NCBI RefSeq assembly: GCF_008831285.2
Contig: NC_045138.2
Coordinates: 27,280,001 to 27,344,000 of the forward strand
Direction of reading: 5' to 3'
DNA: 64,000 nucleotides
Origin: Nymphaea colorata
Taxonomy: Eukaryota
Under the pieces are notes generated by a model. It had not been told where the DNA came from. It saw only the letters and a list, made by a program, of their open reading frames with translations, and did no database searches. This document shows, one piece after another, positions 40,501-54,269 of this stretch; the stretch's first letter is position 1; every line of letters starts with the position of its first letter. Position numbers and translations under genes: made by a program.

Positions 40501-42664
40501 GGTGGTATCTGGTTAAAGGACTTTTCTGAAAGTAATTCTCTGAAGTGGTGGATTTATTCAAAATACAGATCTGGAGAAAAATTTATATCACCTATACTAG
40601 TATACTTTCATATAATGCATAGTTCATTTGTTTATCTAGATTACAAGATAAACCTGAACATGTTTCATTTCAATTCTTGGTCCTACATAATTTATGTTTC
40701 TTCCTTTTCAGGACCCTGCATTCTGGAGTTACAGACCATTAACAGAGATGATGATCCGTGGTGCTGCTGATGATGTTCGTTTTCTTCTTTACATCTATCA
40801 CAAGATGATGGAAAAGTTGAATGAGCAATCCTTATGGCAGCTTGAAGTGCGTGGTGCTCTATATTGCCGTTGCTTCTGTATCAGCGATAATGATTTTGCA
40901 GATTGGCCAGCTCTTCCTTCTATTCCAGGTGTTCACATTTTTAAATTTCTATGTTGAATTGATTTAGCCAGTTTGCTCTTTTCTAAGAATTGAAACTGAT
41001 GATCCTTTAGTGTTCACTATGGCTTGACTGGCCATAAGAAATTCTTGAGATTCTTTTAATATCAGGCTTTGCTTTTGTTGCACGATCCAGTTCAATGCCT
41101 GAAGTGTTCATCCAAGGAAGAAATTTGCTTTACCCAACTCCCCTTTTCGATAATCTTACCTGAAATTCATTAGGAATGAAGACCCCAAAATCAACAAACA
41201 ATATCAGCTTGATTGGGAGTAATCAATCCATATTTTTCCAAGGCTTACTATCAAAGTCCATAAGAAATCAAAAGAATTTTGGATCATATTTAGTTATATC
41301 CAAGTGGGGGTGCTAACACTGTAACTTTACCTGATTCCTTCCAGTAAAGATTAAGATAATCTATGTTGTTGTTTATGGCATCACTATGATATCGAGTTCC
41401 TGGCCTATCCATCTTACTACTAAGGGTTGTGCCAAACGATTGGAATGGCCAGCCCCAACATCGAGAGTCTAGAGACATCCATATTCTACATAGACGTGTG
41501 TAGTTGAGAAACTATCAACTTTATTTCCCTTGTTTTGTCTATGTGTATTTTCAATGCCTTGTTCATTCTTTAATGATGCCTAATTGCAAATTCTGTGGCA
41601 TACCATGATACAATTAAGGAAGAAGAGCCACAGCTGCCTTTTTTCTGATTGGACTACTAGAGTGATTTTCTTGTCAAGTGTTTCATAGTTGGTAGATATA
41701 ATATCCATTAGGTTGGACAACAAATCACTTTTCTTTCTCTTTTCCCCATACTATCTTTTTATTTTCTTCCTGGCCAAATGATGTGAAATGTCTACATGCA
41801 TATCAGGAATGTTTTTCTGAATTTGTCCATCTCTTTTTCCTTGACAGATAACCTACTTACTGAGGGCAATGTTCCTGAGGGCGAGATTCTCTCTGTTATA
41901 AGTGTACCTTTCGGCAAAATGGGGCGGATTATTGGAAGACGAGGGGCATCTATTCTCTCTATCAAACAGTGTTGCAAGTAAGTTGCTCATTTTTAATGAG
42001 CCAGAACTTTATATTATGTAAAGTTTCTCAATTCAATAGGTGGCAACAAGCTCCTGAAACTTTAATTTCCCCCCTTCATTCACAACAGTGCGGAGATTTT
42101 AATTGGAGGTGACAAAGGGCCGCCAGACAAGGTAGTTATTAAACTCCTAACTTTCCTACTTTTTGCTTCTTTGATCTGAACCTTTTCAACTTACTATAGT
42201 GGTAAAGTGAATAGTTGACTGCCCTCAAATGTTCGAATTCTTTTGGGTTATAAAATCTGAAAAACTATCGACACATCAGAAAGCTTCATAGAGAGCAAGG
42301 AGATTGTACCCCCCAAAAAAGAAGAAAACTCCATTAGAGTATCGAAAAGAAAGCTTCATTAGAGATCAAGGAAAATACACAAAAAAGCTAAAATATGTGA
42401 ACCACAGTACATGATATTGCATCATCATATGGTAGCAATATGTCGAGTCAGAGGTCTCTCTAACGAGTCTGGTCAAAATTTTTAGCTTTGTTTATAGATA
42501 TAAATGATGCTTATAATATGTGGATTTCACAGACACATATTGGGTTCGCATGATACTTATATGGTAATTTTTTTCCCCATTATGTGGAGCAGATTTTTGT
42601 GATAGGGTCTGTGAAGGAGGTGCGGAAAGCAGAAGCCATCATTCGTGGCCGGATGTTGGACTAA
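34542..42664 (+). CDS. DEDD 3'-5' exonuclease domain + C-terminal KH domain protein (EXD1-like; At2g25910-like); 341 aa
   Basis: Exons 34542-34602, 36202-36377, 36959-37090, 37170-37220, 37681-37777, 40016-40062, 40712-40928, 41848-41977, 42089-42131, 42593-42664; 1026 nt, GT-AG. Motifs IGFDCEG, VHDCKRDSEALY, MDTQIAY, WSYRPLTEMMIRGAADDV and KH MGRIIGRRGASI. Confidence 0.93.
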
Positions 42665-43826
42665 TGGCGAACTTATATTGCCCAATCTGCTTTACTTGTG
42701 CATGTTTTGACTAACTCAGGCTTGATGTGTGGTTTCCCTCCATGTAAGGCTACATTCTACCCATCAATAGTGCATTTGCACCAGGATCATTCTGCTACAG
42801 CTTCCAAATTTTGTGCGTGTGTGTGTTTGAGAGGGAGAGAGAGAGAGAGTCCATGAAATTGGGGAATCATTCTCAGTTGCGCACGCACTAGGAAAGAGAC
42901 TTTGAGGTTGTTTTTAATGAATGAGGCTACTTTTGGCTCGTCATCTTGCAAAAAGGTCCTTTAATAACCAACCAGCTTTGACGTGCAAAGCCAGACCAAG
43001 CCTTACCGTTACATTTGTTATCTAGTAGACGCTGGTGCATATATTATTCTGTCACAGCAAGGGAACCCGTCTAACAAATATTATAATTTGAAAATGACGC
43101 TGTATTAGCCAAGTCAATATCCTCAATGGGATGTTGAATTCCAGATTTCTTCTTCAAAGTGGTGCTGCTAAAACCAAGGCTTCTGTCCCTTCGTGGGTCG
43201 AATATGGTTAATGGGAATGGACTTATGATCGTCCTTTTCCTCTGAAGTTCGGGTGAGCTTTAAGGTTTGTCTCACTGCCTGGGTGAGAGCCAAAGCTCTT
43301 CTTTTTCTCCTTGCCCTTACTTTACAGGCTACGTTGGTAATAGGTGGCGAGATATCTTTAAGTTTCAACTTACATATACAACCCATTCGCTTAAGTTCGC
43401 CAGAGTTATGCTCCTCGGAACCCTTTCTCTCATAAATTCACCATATGTTTTTCCATATAAGTTATTTAGGAAGAGTCATGTGATGCGCCAAAGGCATATT
43501 TTGACACAAGATTGTGAGATCTGCTGCCAGTTTAGCTGTCTTTACTAGCTTAGGCTCTTTGCGTGTCCTCCATTTTATAAGGAGCAATCGAGTGCTCGTG
43601 GATGGTGGTACAGCCTACGAAAGATAAAGGCTTTTTCTTACTTCAAAGCTCCAATTCTTCTGCCAATAAGGCATCGTCCTGTTGGGTCGGGGCTGGACTC
43701 GATAAAATCAAGAATTCAGTAACATTTTCTTGGTATGACCTCGGATTGTAGCAAGAAGTGCTTCACCTTAGTCTCTTGGCATAATATTGTTTTGGGTATG
43801 CTTGGCTCCAGCTTATATATTAAAGA

Positions 43827-43963
<137 letters not shown>

Positions 43964-44350
43964 CACACGACGGGAACAAGCACCTTGGAGATGGTGCAGC
44001 ATGGGCCTGTATGGCTGTAGGGCATGTTCCCCCGTTTAAGATAGTAAACGAGAAAATACTGCTCATGGTTATGCTTTCAAAGAACTGATTATTCAACTGA
44101 TATATTATGCTTTGGCAAAAGATTATGAAGCGAGTAGGCTCGGTTTAAGTTATTGCATCACTTCGTAAGTAATAGTAAAGGTAGAAGAAATACTTAAAAG
44201 GGATTTGTTCTTATGTCTTTTGTTTCTAGCATGCAGGCTTTTTATGGACCGTGAAAACAAGTTTGCATATCCAGGGGTTCCCTCGATAAGCTTAGAGGAG
44301 CTTACAAAAGTAATTGGCCTACATAGTTTATTGAACAAAGAACAAGCTTT

Positions 44351-44391
<41 letters not shown>

Positions 44392-44785
44392 TGTGTAGGA
44401 AGCAAAATGAGCAACAAAGATCAACAGTCGACAGTGCTTCGAAACTGTACACTTTTAAAAATCATGATTTCATTGCTTAGATTTATCCCTAGAGCATGCT
44501 TCTGACAAAAAAAGAAGATGAGCCGAAGCTGTAACATCAAAAATATATGAGACAACTATTTCAAAAGCTGGGTCGTCCATAGGAACCCCAAAACTTGGAG
44601 AAAAGCATTCAGTTTTGCAGCTCAGGGTTCTATTTTTAAATTTACCAGTCTTGAAACCGTGTTGATGAAAGAAATGAGCACGGGGAGCCTTTTTCACTGG
44701 AGGGTAGATAAATTGCCTAGAAAAGCGAGCAGAGCCAGGTTCAGTTTCCCCGAGCAAAGAATCGTTGTTGGTCCATACCAAACGT

Positions 44786-44826
<41 letters not shown>

Positions 44827-45565
44827 TTACCGCTGAAAACGACAATAAGCTTTGATATGGTTTTTTATTGTCAGCAGAATGCGGCCAACTGCCTTCACTT
44901 AAAGAAGTGAAAGCCCCTACTTACAGACTCCTCAACAGTAGACCTCAAGTCACTGTCAATTACTTGTTTATTACACTTTGATCCTTATTTGCTTATGAAA
45001 TCTGTATTCTTTCCAAATACCCAGATATAAACCAGAGCTGGAAAGGCCATTCACTGATAAAATAACATCATCCTTTTTAAAGAATTTCATTACCATGATC
45101 TTTTCTTTTTCGAGAAAGTTTTCCTGCACCACGATATTATTATTGTTATTTCTTTTCAATGAGAAAGAACCTTTCTCTGATGGCAAGCTAGTTAACCTGT
45201 CTATCTGATACAAAGTTGACTGTGGCGGGAACCGATCTCTATAAAAGGCATGCAAGTTCTCCCCCATTGAGATTTGAGCCGATGATCAAGAGGACTTCGC
45301 GATCACGGCAAGGGACCGAACGCCAACTTCTGCGTAAATAGTAAACTTTGGAGTGTTTATATCCCCTGATTCACTACTACCTTTCTTTCCATCCAAGTCC
45401 AACAGACTTCCAATCCAGGAAGCCAGTATCAGATTAGCTTGAGTTCTTTTAAAAGATGCATCCAACTTCTCGTGCAATCCAAATATTACAGCTATAAGAA
45501 GTTCTATACTGAATTTAGCTGTGCTTGACTCCAGGGCCAGTCCTGAACCTTGATCGATCATGTTT

Positions 45566-45606
<41 letters not shown>

Positions 45607-46240
45607 AGACATTTAAAGTTTGAATGTTTTTTCATCCCCTTATTGACAAGGTGGGGTAGGCCTGACAACCACACAATTATCCTAGCACCTATATATGTAA
45701 TTCACTGTGGGTCTTAAGCCCAACCACCGGCCAGATATATGGAGCTCTTGCTATCCTGTGCACAGATTTTTCTCGAAAAATTTGCAAAATATTTTATTGC
45801 TCAGAAGATCATATAGTCTTTTATTGGGTGGGTTAATTAATAATCTTATAACAGTCACATCCTGAGTCCTGAGCCACCCAACGAAACTATGGACTCTTAT
45901 TTATGAAATCTGACTATACTTTTTTCTCCGCATATTCCAGATCCCATGATCAATCAATCAACATGGTTCATCAGGTGAACAGTAGCAGAAAGAAGCCACT
46001 CCAGTACCTGTAAGCTACTCAAGAACATTGTCACTCGGATATTGAATAGAAGGGCATCTTAATTGTAGAATAATCAATGGTAAATGGGTTTTATTTTTCT
46101 TTCTTAGAGAATGGAAACTTGGGTGTGCTTGTGAAGAGTAAATAGCAGAAGTTTGAACAGGATTGGCTCCAAAGAATGCCTGATTTACAGTTGTTTCTCC
46201 CAGGGAATGTGCTGGGGAAGGTGATGGTGAGCAAATTGAT

Positions 46241-46300
46241 ATGTCAACATAAATGATAAACCAATGATGCATGTCGACCTAAATGATAAACCAATGATGC
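46241..46300. repeat. 30-bp tandem duplication
   Basis: ATGTC(A/G)AC(A/C)TAAATGATAAACCAATGATGC x2. Confidence 0.9.
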
Positions 46301-47980
46301 GAGAGAGAGAGATCTTCTCACCCACTGAACAGTATTCATGACATGCATGTGGCTGAAACCAGAGCCTACATATCTGCCCATTTTTAAAGAGAGAATTTCT
46401 TTGGTGGGAGACCTTTTACTACTAATTTCCAAAAGGTGCTTCACATTGGCTGCAGCGACAGGCTTTCTGGTGATAATTCTTAAATACATGGACCAAGTTA
46501 GTTAAGATTCTCATCCTAAAAATCAAAGGCTATCTTTTTCATGTCCTTATACTGCTAAATACTGAAGCAGATTTTTAATTTCTGTTATTAATAGTACGAT
46601 ACTATGCATGAGGCTTATATAAAAAGTACAACCACATTTTTCTTTCCCTTGCTACAGTGAAATTAAATTCCCCAAAAGTACATTTAGCTTCTGCGGATTA
46701 TACTTTGGAAATAATCGAGCTTACCATCTTTTTTCATTTAAATAATTAACTTTAAGTATGATGTTGGAGATGCAAAACATGACCATGCGGCACATATATA
46801 ACTGTTATGAAATTAATACTATTTCATAAATGGTGCTTCATGTATTACTATATCATGCTGACATGCCATCCATGCATCCGGATGATGGTGATGATTGTGG
46901 TGGACCAGTTATGGTGGTGGTGAAATGGAGAACTCTGGCTGGAAGGTTGAGAAGAATTTTATATCTGTAATATGACTGTAACCATGGCAGAGCGCATGGA
47001 ATGCCAGAAGCGACCAAAAGAGATGAAGGACCTTTTTCCAGATTATTCAAGTGCCTCTACTACCCTCCCCAGCAGTAAAATACACGCTTCTATTCAAATA
47101 CTTATCCCAAGGTTCTAAGTTATCGTATACTTTATTAATTTGTTTCTTTCCAAAAGTAATTTAGGAAGCATGTGTCCTAGCAGTCCAGGTATAGACGTCC
47201 CTTCTCCTTTAAAAGCCAACCTTTTTCTCTCTTTTTGCGATGCTTATCAAACCAAGGGGGCACAGAGAGAGAGAAAGCGAGAGCGAGGCTGCGAGAGAGA
47301 GAGAGAGATCTGAAGGTGGTGTTGAGTGCAGCAAGACCCATGTTTTCCTTTTGGATAGTTAAGCTTTTCTGCCTACTCACATGACCAAAATTTATGTCAT
47401 CTGCGGTTCAAAATCCTCTGGGATCCATCATTCTTGTCCTGTACTACCTCTGATGACAAAAATGATGGTTTCAGAAGCTGGCTTCTGCAGATCTCACTGT
47501 GGTACTCGTTGAGCTTTTCCTGCAAAAAGGTGGTGCAGAAAAATCCCAGTGATCTACACAACCAGAACGTATACTTGGTATGCTTCTAGTCTTGCACAAT
47601 TTTCTCATCTTCGTGGATTACATCTTTTGTATAGAAGCTGTTGAGGTCATCAGCCACTTGCTATTCCATGAGAAAATAGATTTGTAGAGAAGAATGTTTT
47701 GAAGTCATAAAACTAGACGTTCCTCACTTTTTATGCAGAGAGATTCTCTTTTCCATCTTACCTCGTTTATCTCGCCACATCAAAGTTTTCAACCGGCCCT
47801 CCAATCATTCATTTCTCTTTCTATTTTTTTTCTCCTTTTTAAGTGGTTATGGTTTTCAGCTCAGTGGTCATTTTATGCTTTTTCTGCAATAGATTTTGCA
47901 GGTTTGAAATTAGCTGCTAATAGCAAAGAACTGATACACAGAGCAAAGTCATCGATCCCAGGAGTTCTACAGCTTGGGAA

Positions 47981-49186
47981 ATGGAAGGATCCGGCTGGGA
48001 GGATCAGCCTTCTGCTGCTACTCTCTTGAATGCAATAGGCCTAATTCCTTGGAGTTTCACGGGTGAGAGTTCTTATGACCTCCCAACGTTGTCGCAGTTT
48101 TCTGGTGTTGGTGATTATCATCGACAACAAGCTCTCACCAACAACTCATCAATTGAATCCGGTATGGAGGAGAGAACGGTAGACCAAACTGTGGCCTTGG
48201 ACAGCAAATTCTTTTACTCGAGCCCAGAAATTGATCATATGAAGTTTTATGGTGTTGGATTCGTCGACAAAGTTCAGCAGGAAGATCAGCTGAAACTACC
48301 ACCAGGTGGGCATTGCTTCAACAAGCCTTCAGTTCAGCAAGAAACAGATCTCGATCCACGGCTTGGGTTGTCGGCGGACTCTCTGAATTGCATCATTGCT
48401 TTAGCAAATGGGAGCAGAACTGCGCCGGTTGAGCACGATGGTGTCTCTTCTCAAATTCAGACTCTCGTTCCAGAAAACTCTTTATTCTCGCCGAATAAGA
48501 ATAGCTTTTGGACAGTGAGTTGGGGAGCTGGCGCTAGTGGTGCAATTTCGTCTGATTCTGCTGAGCAGGATGAATCAGTTTCTCGATCATCTTCTCAACA
48601 AAGCAAGAAAAGAAAATCCCCGGAAGGAGCGAGTTGCAGCTTCAGCCTTGGAGGTGAGAATTATCTACGGTTCGACGCCTTCAACTCCACTTCGCCGCCA
48701 GCTCAAGACGGCGGTTTCCGGCTCATCACCGAGAACTCACACAAGCAAAAGAAACCCAGACCGGACAAGCAAGAGAAATCATCCAGCATCAATTTCCTGG
48801 ACCCAAATTCACCCTTCATGGAGCCTGACACGGAAGCAATTGCTAGCATGAAGGAAATGATATATATCGCAGCAGCACTGAGACCTATCAATCTGGCCAC
48901 GGAGGGAACGATGGAGAAGCCCAAGAGGAAGAATGTGAGGATCTCAAGTGATCCACAGACGGTAGCGGCAAGGCACAGGAGAGAAAGGATCAGTGATAGA
49001 ATCAGGACACTGCAGAGGTTGGTCCCTGGAGGTACCAAGATGGACACGGCAACTATGCTTGACGAAGCTGCAAATTATCTCAAGTTTCTTAAATCCCATG
49101 TTTCTGCTCTTCAATCACTAGGAACAGTCACAAACAACATGAATTATCAACACCAATCGACATCGTTCACCATTAACAGGCCTTAA
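47981..49186 (+). CDS. bHLH87: bHLH transcription factor, subfamily VIIIb (bHLH87 / HECATE / INDEHISCENT clade), intronless CDS, 401 aa
   Basis: Single ORF with [22 protein letters not shown] and [59 protein letters not shown]; the long N-terminus and EAANYLKFL are typical of bHLH87. Confidence 0.93.
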   Translation: MEGSGWEDQPSAATLLNAIGLIPWSFTGESSYDLPTLSQFSGVGDYHRQQALTNNSSIESGMEERTVDQTVALDSKFFYSSPEIDHMKFYGVGFVDKVQQEDQLKLPPGGHCFNKPSVQQETDLDPRLGLSADSLNCIIALANGSRTAPVEHDGVSSQIQTLVPENSLFSPNKNSFWTVSWGAGASGAISSDSAEQDESVSRSSSQQSKKRKSPEGASCSFSLGGENYLRFDAFNSTSPPAQDGGFRLITENSHKQKKPRPDKQEKSSSINFLDPNSPFMEPDTEAIASMKEMIYIAAALRPINLATEGTMEKPKRKNVRISSDPQTVAARHRRERISDRIRTLQRLVPGGTKMDTATMLDEAANYLKFLKSHVSALQSLGTVTNNMNYQHQSTSFTINRP

Positions 49187-50378
49187 TCCATGTGGTTCAC
49201 TGATCATGTTGCTGAATATGAGGAAGAAATTTGAATAATTAGGTTCATCATTACTAATGTGATGCAAACAGCAGGAAGCACGCTTGTTCTTTTGGTGTAT
49301 GTTGTCCCTAGGATATGTACATTTCCATTGTTGGTGATCTGCAGCTTTTCACTTTCAGTGACAAGAAATGCAGACCATCCAAAGATATGAATTATTATTT
49401 TTTTTTCCTTTTTACTTCAGCCCGAGTATCATCAACGGTGCATAAGATTTGAAATTCTTGTTCTTGTTCGCTTCAATTCAAGAAGTAGTTATTTTAGTGA
49501 TTAAAGGTGACAACATCTTCTCATTCTTTTCGCTTCTGTTCTTTGTTTGTTGGAATTTCTTTGTTGGGCCGTCATGAGGCCATTCCTGTAACTGCTTTAA
49601 GAGAATTCAGCAAAAAGCCACTCTCATTGTCGCCATTGGCGTGTCACAGAGGCACAACGACACGACAAGAGATCAGAAAAGTTATTTCGGAAGTGTGACC
49701 AAGCGAGCACCTCAAACTTTTCAGTGACAATGCTTTTGATAGTCTTTAACCTTGAAAACAATTTTTTTACACTTTTAAGGCAACAGTAAAAACACTAAAA
49801 ATAGTCACATATCCGCTAATGTTCATATCCACGCATGCCTGCGTTACAAAAACATGGCCGGTTAGTCACAGTGAATCGATGAGATTGAAAATGATCGATC
49901 ATGGTAATTTTTCCGTTCCTCAGAAGGGTGAGCGAAAAGATTATGTAAAACTTCATAGTAGACAAAATTACCAACATCTGAAAGTTTCCACATCTTTTGT
50001 ACTGTTACACTTTTGCTTTAAACTTTTTCTTGATGCGTAAAACTTTTTGAACTTATTTCCTTGTTTGTCATAAGGGAATAAGGAATTACGACCACTATTT
50101 CCATCATCATCATTTCACCATCAATCAAGAAAAGCCAAACATCAAAAGCAAAATGTGTATAATCAAACTATGATTGCCAGACTTTAGTTCGTATACCTAA
50201 CTACGGCTGGCATTCAAAAGTTTTCATAATTACCTTTACGATGAAGACTTTTCCCAAATGAACGTTAACAATTTCTTTAGCTCCATGGTGCATGCAAATT
50301 GTGTTTAGTTTATGTTACCATGTTATCTGTTTAGCATTACTTTTATGGCCTGACATTTTTTCACTATCCAATGCAAAG

Positions 50379-50532
50379 GAGACATTCCCTTCGTACTGAG
50401 GGACAAGTGTCCCAGTGTCTGTCTCTCACTAGGGCAACCAGGCGTGCCCTTAAAACCCTTAAATCTGTTGAGTCCCATTGAAGGGAGGGGAGCATGTGAG
50501 GGAATTTTGGTAAGACCAGAGGATGGCACGTG
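50379..50532. promoter_or_regulatory. Cluster of AuxRE-like motifs plus a G-box downstream of bHLH87
   Basis: GAGACA 50379, GGGACA 50400, TGTCCC 50408, TGTCTG 50416, TGTCTC 50420, CACGTG 50527. Function is inferred only. Confidence 0.4.
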
Positions 50533-53500
50533 TGGAATCAAACGTGTGGCTCTAGACATTGACACGCTTCTCTATGAAGTGCAGTTGGAATTGGTGCCCA
50601 TGGGATGGTAAACTGAGTTCACGGTTTTTTTTTTCCTTTTTTCGGTAGTTTTTGGTGCTTATTTTATGTGTTCTTTTAAACTCCCATCTTAACAATTCAA
50701 TCAGAGTTGGGCATGAGAGAGTTGCATCAGGAGTCCTTTCACACGTGCACCTGGTTGGAGAGAATTCATATCAAAAGGTGAAAACTAAAAAACTACTACT
50801 TCAATATTTTAACATTGTCTGGCAGAGAATATTAATTAATTAATTAATTTAAGGTTTTTTTTATAGTGGAGAGTTTTTCGAGAATGGAGGAAAGTCTTTG
50901 GAGCGAGAGACCTAATTTTGCTGGTTTAACAATGCCGTACACACAGTATTCTATGAGGAAAAGGGAATTATTCAACCAGAGTAACTAAGATTCAAGAAAG
51001 AACAGATAAAAAAAGTAGAACTAATACAGAAGATTCTACAGGTCCGCCTAACTCCAACTTGTCAATTGAAAAAGGAAAGGACAAAAATTTATGAACTGGA
51101 GGCTGACCATTCCTCAGACACAGATTAGTGGGTGAATGTCTGCTAATGTTTGAAGTTTTCAGCAAATAGCTGAATTAAATACATCTTAAGAACAAAAGAG
51201 AGAGAGAGAGAGAGAGAGAGCACCAACAACTTAAATACATCTGAAAACTCTCTCTCCCCCCCTCTCTCTCTCTCTAGCTAGATAGAGATAGAGAGAGAGA
51301 GAGAGAGAGAGTTTAATTTATCGGTTCAATTTGTTGTTGTTTTAAGCAAAGGATGAAAATGGTTGCCGGTTTCGTTGCATATATTGTAGTGGGCACTGAA
51401 CCCGCCAAAAATCTATATCATTTATTCCGGCAACAAATGGGAAGACATGAAGAAAACTAACCTGGTCTGTGTTTAGCAATTCGCGGCGGAGGGGAATCGT
51501 TATCCAGATTGGAACTATTGAACGGAAAAGTTGTGTGTAAATTAAATGGATCAAATGCTGTAAAGTTCCAATCTCTAGAGTCGGTCCCGGCCCCCACCAA
51601 CTGATTAACGCTGCCTTTTCTTTTCGATTTTAACTAACGAAACTAATAAAATTCTTAATGATCCAAGATTGAACATTGATGTGGTTGCATACTGATCTTG
51701 GTCATATTCTAAATCAGCTAGTTATAATTAGTTTAAGATATCTCATATGTATACCAGGGAAGTATTTGAACCGATATGGTACCTTCGGCAGGACAGACGA
51801 CTGATCAATTCCAACTTGGAGCTATTTAAACCTTTAGTATGTTTGAAATTGGAGCCGACAGATGGTAGTTTTAGACAAGAGCTTGAAATTTGTTCTTTTT
51901 GACGACGACAAATCTCTATCATTAGATAATGAGTTTTTTAATCCTTGTTAAGAATATCATGGTTGGCATATGTGAATTCCAACGAAGAGACTGGGAACAT
52001 GTTAATTTGAGGATCAACGATCGTCGTTGTTCTTGAAAAAGTCGTGATTTTGGAAGTTCTGGCTTTGAAGTTTCTGCCCTTTTTCTTTTTCCTGTTATGT
52101 TGATCTTTTTTTATTTGGTTGAAGTCATCAAACTTGTTTTCTTCTTCGCTGTTTGGTTGAAAAGTGAGAGAATGATTGGATAGATAAGGGCTTTTTTTTA
52201 TTTTGTTAAGATTCGTAGCTAATTTTAGAAAGATGTGTTGTAAGAACGCCAGATCTCTCGCTTGGCTTTATATGCGAAGGTACATTCAGCAACGTTCTTG
52301 AGCCTCAAATTCAGCATATGATGCTAAAAACATCATAGCATTGCATTAAAAAAGATTGAAAAAATCTTGGGTTCTTAGTTGAATTGACAGTTGTTCATCT
52401 CCTCCACCTGTTCATTACTAGTTTTAAAAATTCTTATTGTTTCAGGGTTTTCTAATTATAGAAGCAGGAATAAGGATTCTTGGTTGTGATGTAAGTAGAA
52501 AAAGGTGAAAATGAAATCCAGGGAGCAAATTGGTCGGTTCATGTTCAAGATCATCAAGATATGCTCATTTGTTAGGGAAAAATTTAGTTGCCTGGATTTT
52601 TGTTTCTTGCGGGTTATACCTAAGTTGAAGTTCTAGATTATCCGGCCAATCAAACTTAAAAGGCTGGCCTGACACATGTATATAAGCACAAGCGCAATTT
52701 TGGGTTACTTTCCACAATAAAAAGTTTTTCTTTTTGTTTATGTCATTTTTTCCTGGCATTAAAAAACTTTTGGTTATGATAAATACACCAGAAGAAATTT
52801 TAAGAAGGTAAGGACTTGTCGACATTTTCATTTGCAAAAGCAAGGTAGAAATGCATGTATACCATGTTATTTACATTTCCTCTTCCATGATTTTCATTTA
52901 AACGAGCTGAGAAGCTAATTTTTCTTCTTCTTCCTTTTTTTTTTAATGATAATGAGTCTGGGAAATTCAACCAAGTACTTAAACTTGGTAGAATTCAAAC
53001 CCAAATATGTTGGATCCAATCACAAGCAATTAGAGCAAGAGAAAGTCCAAATAAAAGTTTGTTTTTCAGTATATGGAGGAGATCATGACAGTTTAATTTG
53101 TCGGTAGCTGAGTTAGGATCAAATTTGGTATATCAAAAAATGTCAAAATGATCATACCAGATCCGACCCATTAATATTTCATATCCTTATTCTGGTTATT
53201 GAACTTATTATCTGCTGCAATTTTTCAATAAGGATATATTAATAATGCTTCACTAATATGAGTCCGAATCAAGGTCCGTTCTTAACTTATAGATTACATT
53301 ATGTTGGTCTCGTTTACGTCTCCAACATAATAGATACATGAATATATACTTAACATAGAGAGAGAAAAAACAAACCGATAATAGAGAGAGAGAGAGTACA
53401 GCCAAAGCGTATAAAAGTCCTCGCTCAGAAACCTACTTTTCTACTAACTTGTAATTTGAATATCTTTTTATGAAATTTTTTGGTATTGTAATATTTAAAT

Positions 53501-54184
53501 ATGAAAGCGAATTAGTTTATGCTTTCGTTTCCTACAATGTTCGGTCATGAAAGTCAAATCAAAGATCCGACGCTGCTATCGTGAAGGCTTTCTCTATGCG
53601 TTCATGCTGAGGAAACTAGCGAAGAGAAGACGGACGTTTTCTGAGTCTCGTTAAGGCATGCAGCAGAAAACAGTGGGCAGTCTTTTCCATTCCTTCCTCC
53701 TCATCGTGACAGTTCAATCATGCAGAAAATTTCTCCATTTTCTAACTGATTTCTGGATATCATGGCGGTGCCTTGTGCTTTCACCAGAAAAAAAGTTGGT
53801 TTTGTAAGTTCTACGGATAAAATAAAAGGCTTGCTTTTTCTTATTTTGTAGACCACTAAAGAACGCAGAAGATGTGCAATAACTTTATAGCTTTTCCTTA
53901 CTCGTATCCCTGCATTAAAATAATACGAAGATATACCATCTTTGTGATTTCATTGGACGCCTTAACGGTGCCAATTGAATGCCAGTGCAATATAATAATG
54001 TTTTCGAGAAACACTTTAATGCAAATATCTTTATGAATGCCAACTTTCAGTCAGATTAGGACAGAATTCATGTGGGGCACTCACCGTTCTAAGTTGGACG
54101 ACCATGACCTCACACACCATGCGTTTGTATATACGTGCTCCAACAACACACTGTAGATCCAATGAAACTTAACTGTTCCAGTGG

Positions 54185-54185
<1 letters not shown>

Positions 54186-54265
<80 letters not shown>
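54186..54265. repeat. Compound microsatellite (TA)n(GA)n
   Basis: Read directly from the sequence. Confidence 0.95.

Positions 54266-54269
<4 letters not shown>

Noticed and set aside
47733..48029. 98-aa ORF overlapping the bHLH87 start (possible uORF)
   Set aside because: Phe/Leu/Ser-rich text from T-rich sequence; its ATG probably lies in a 5' UTR intron (acceptor TTTTGCAG near 47901).
53383..53403. miR529-like sequence AGAGAGAGAGAGAGTACAGCC
   Set aside because: Mostly a GA microsatellite; no complementary star arm (GCTGTAC..TCTCT) nearby, so no hairpin.
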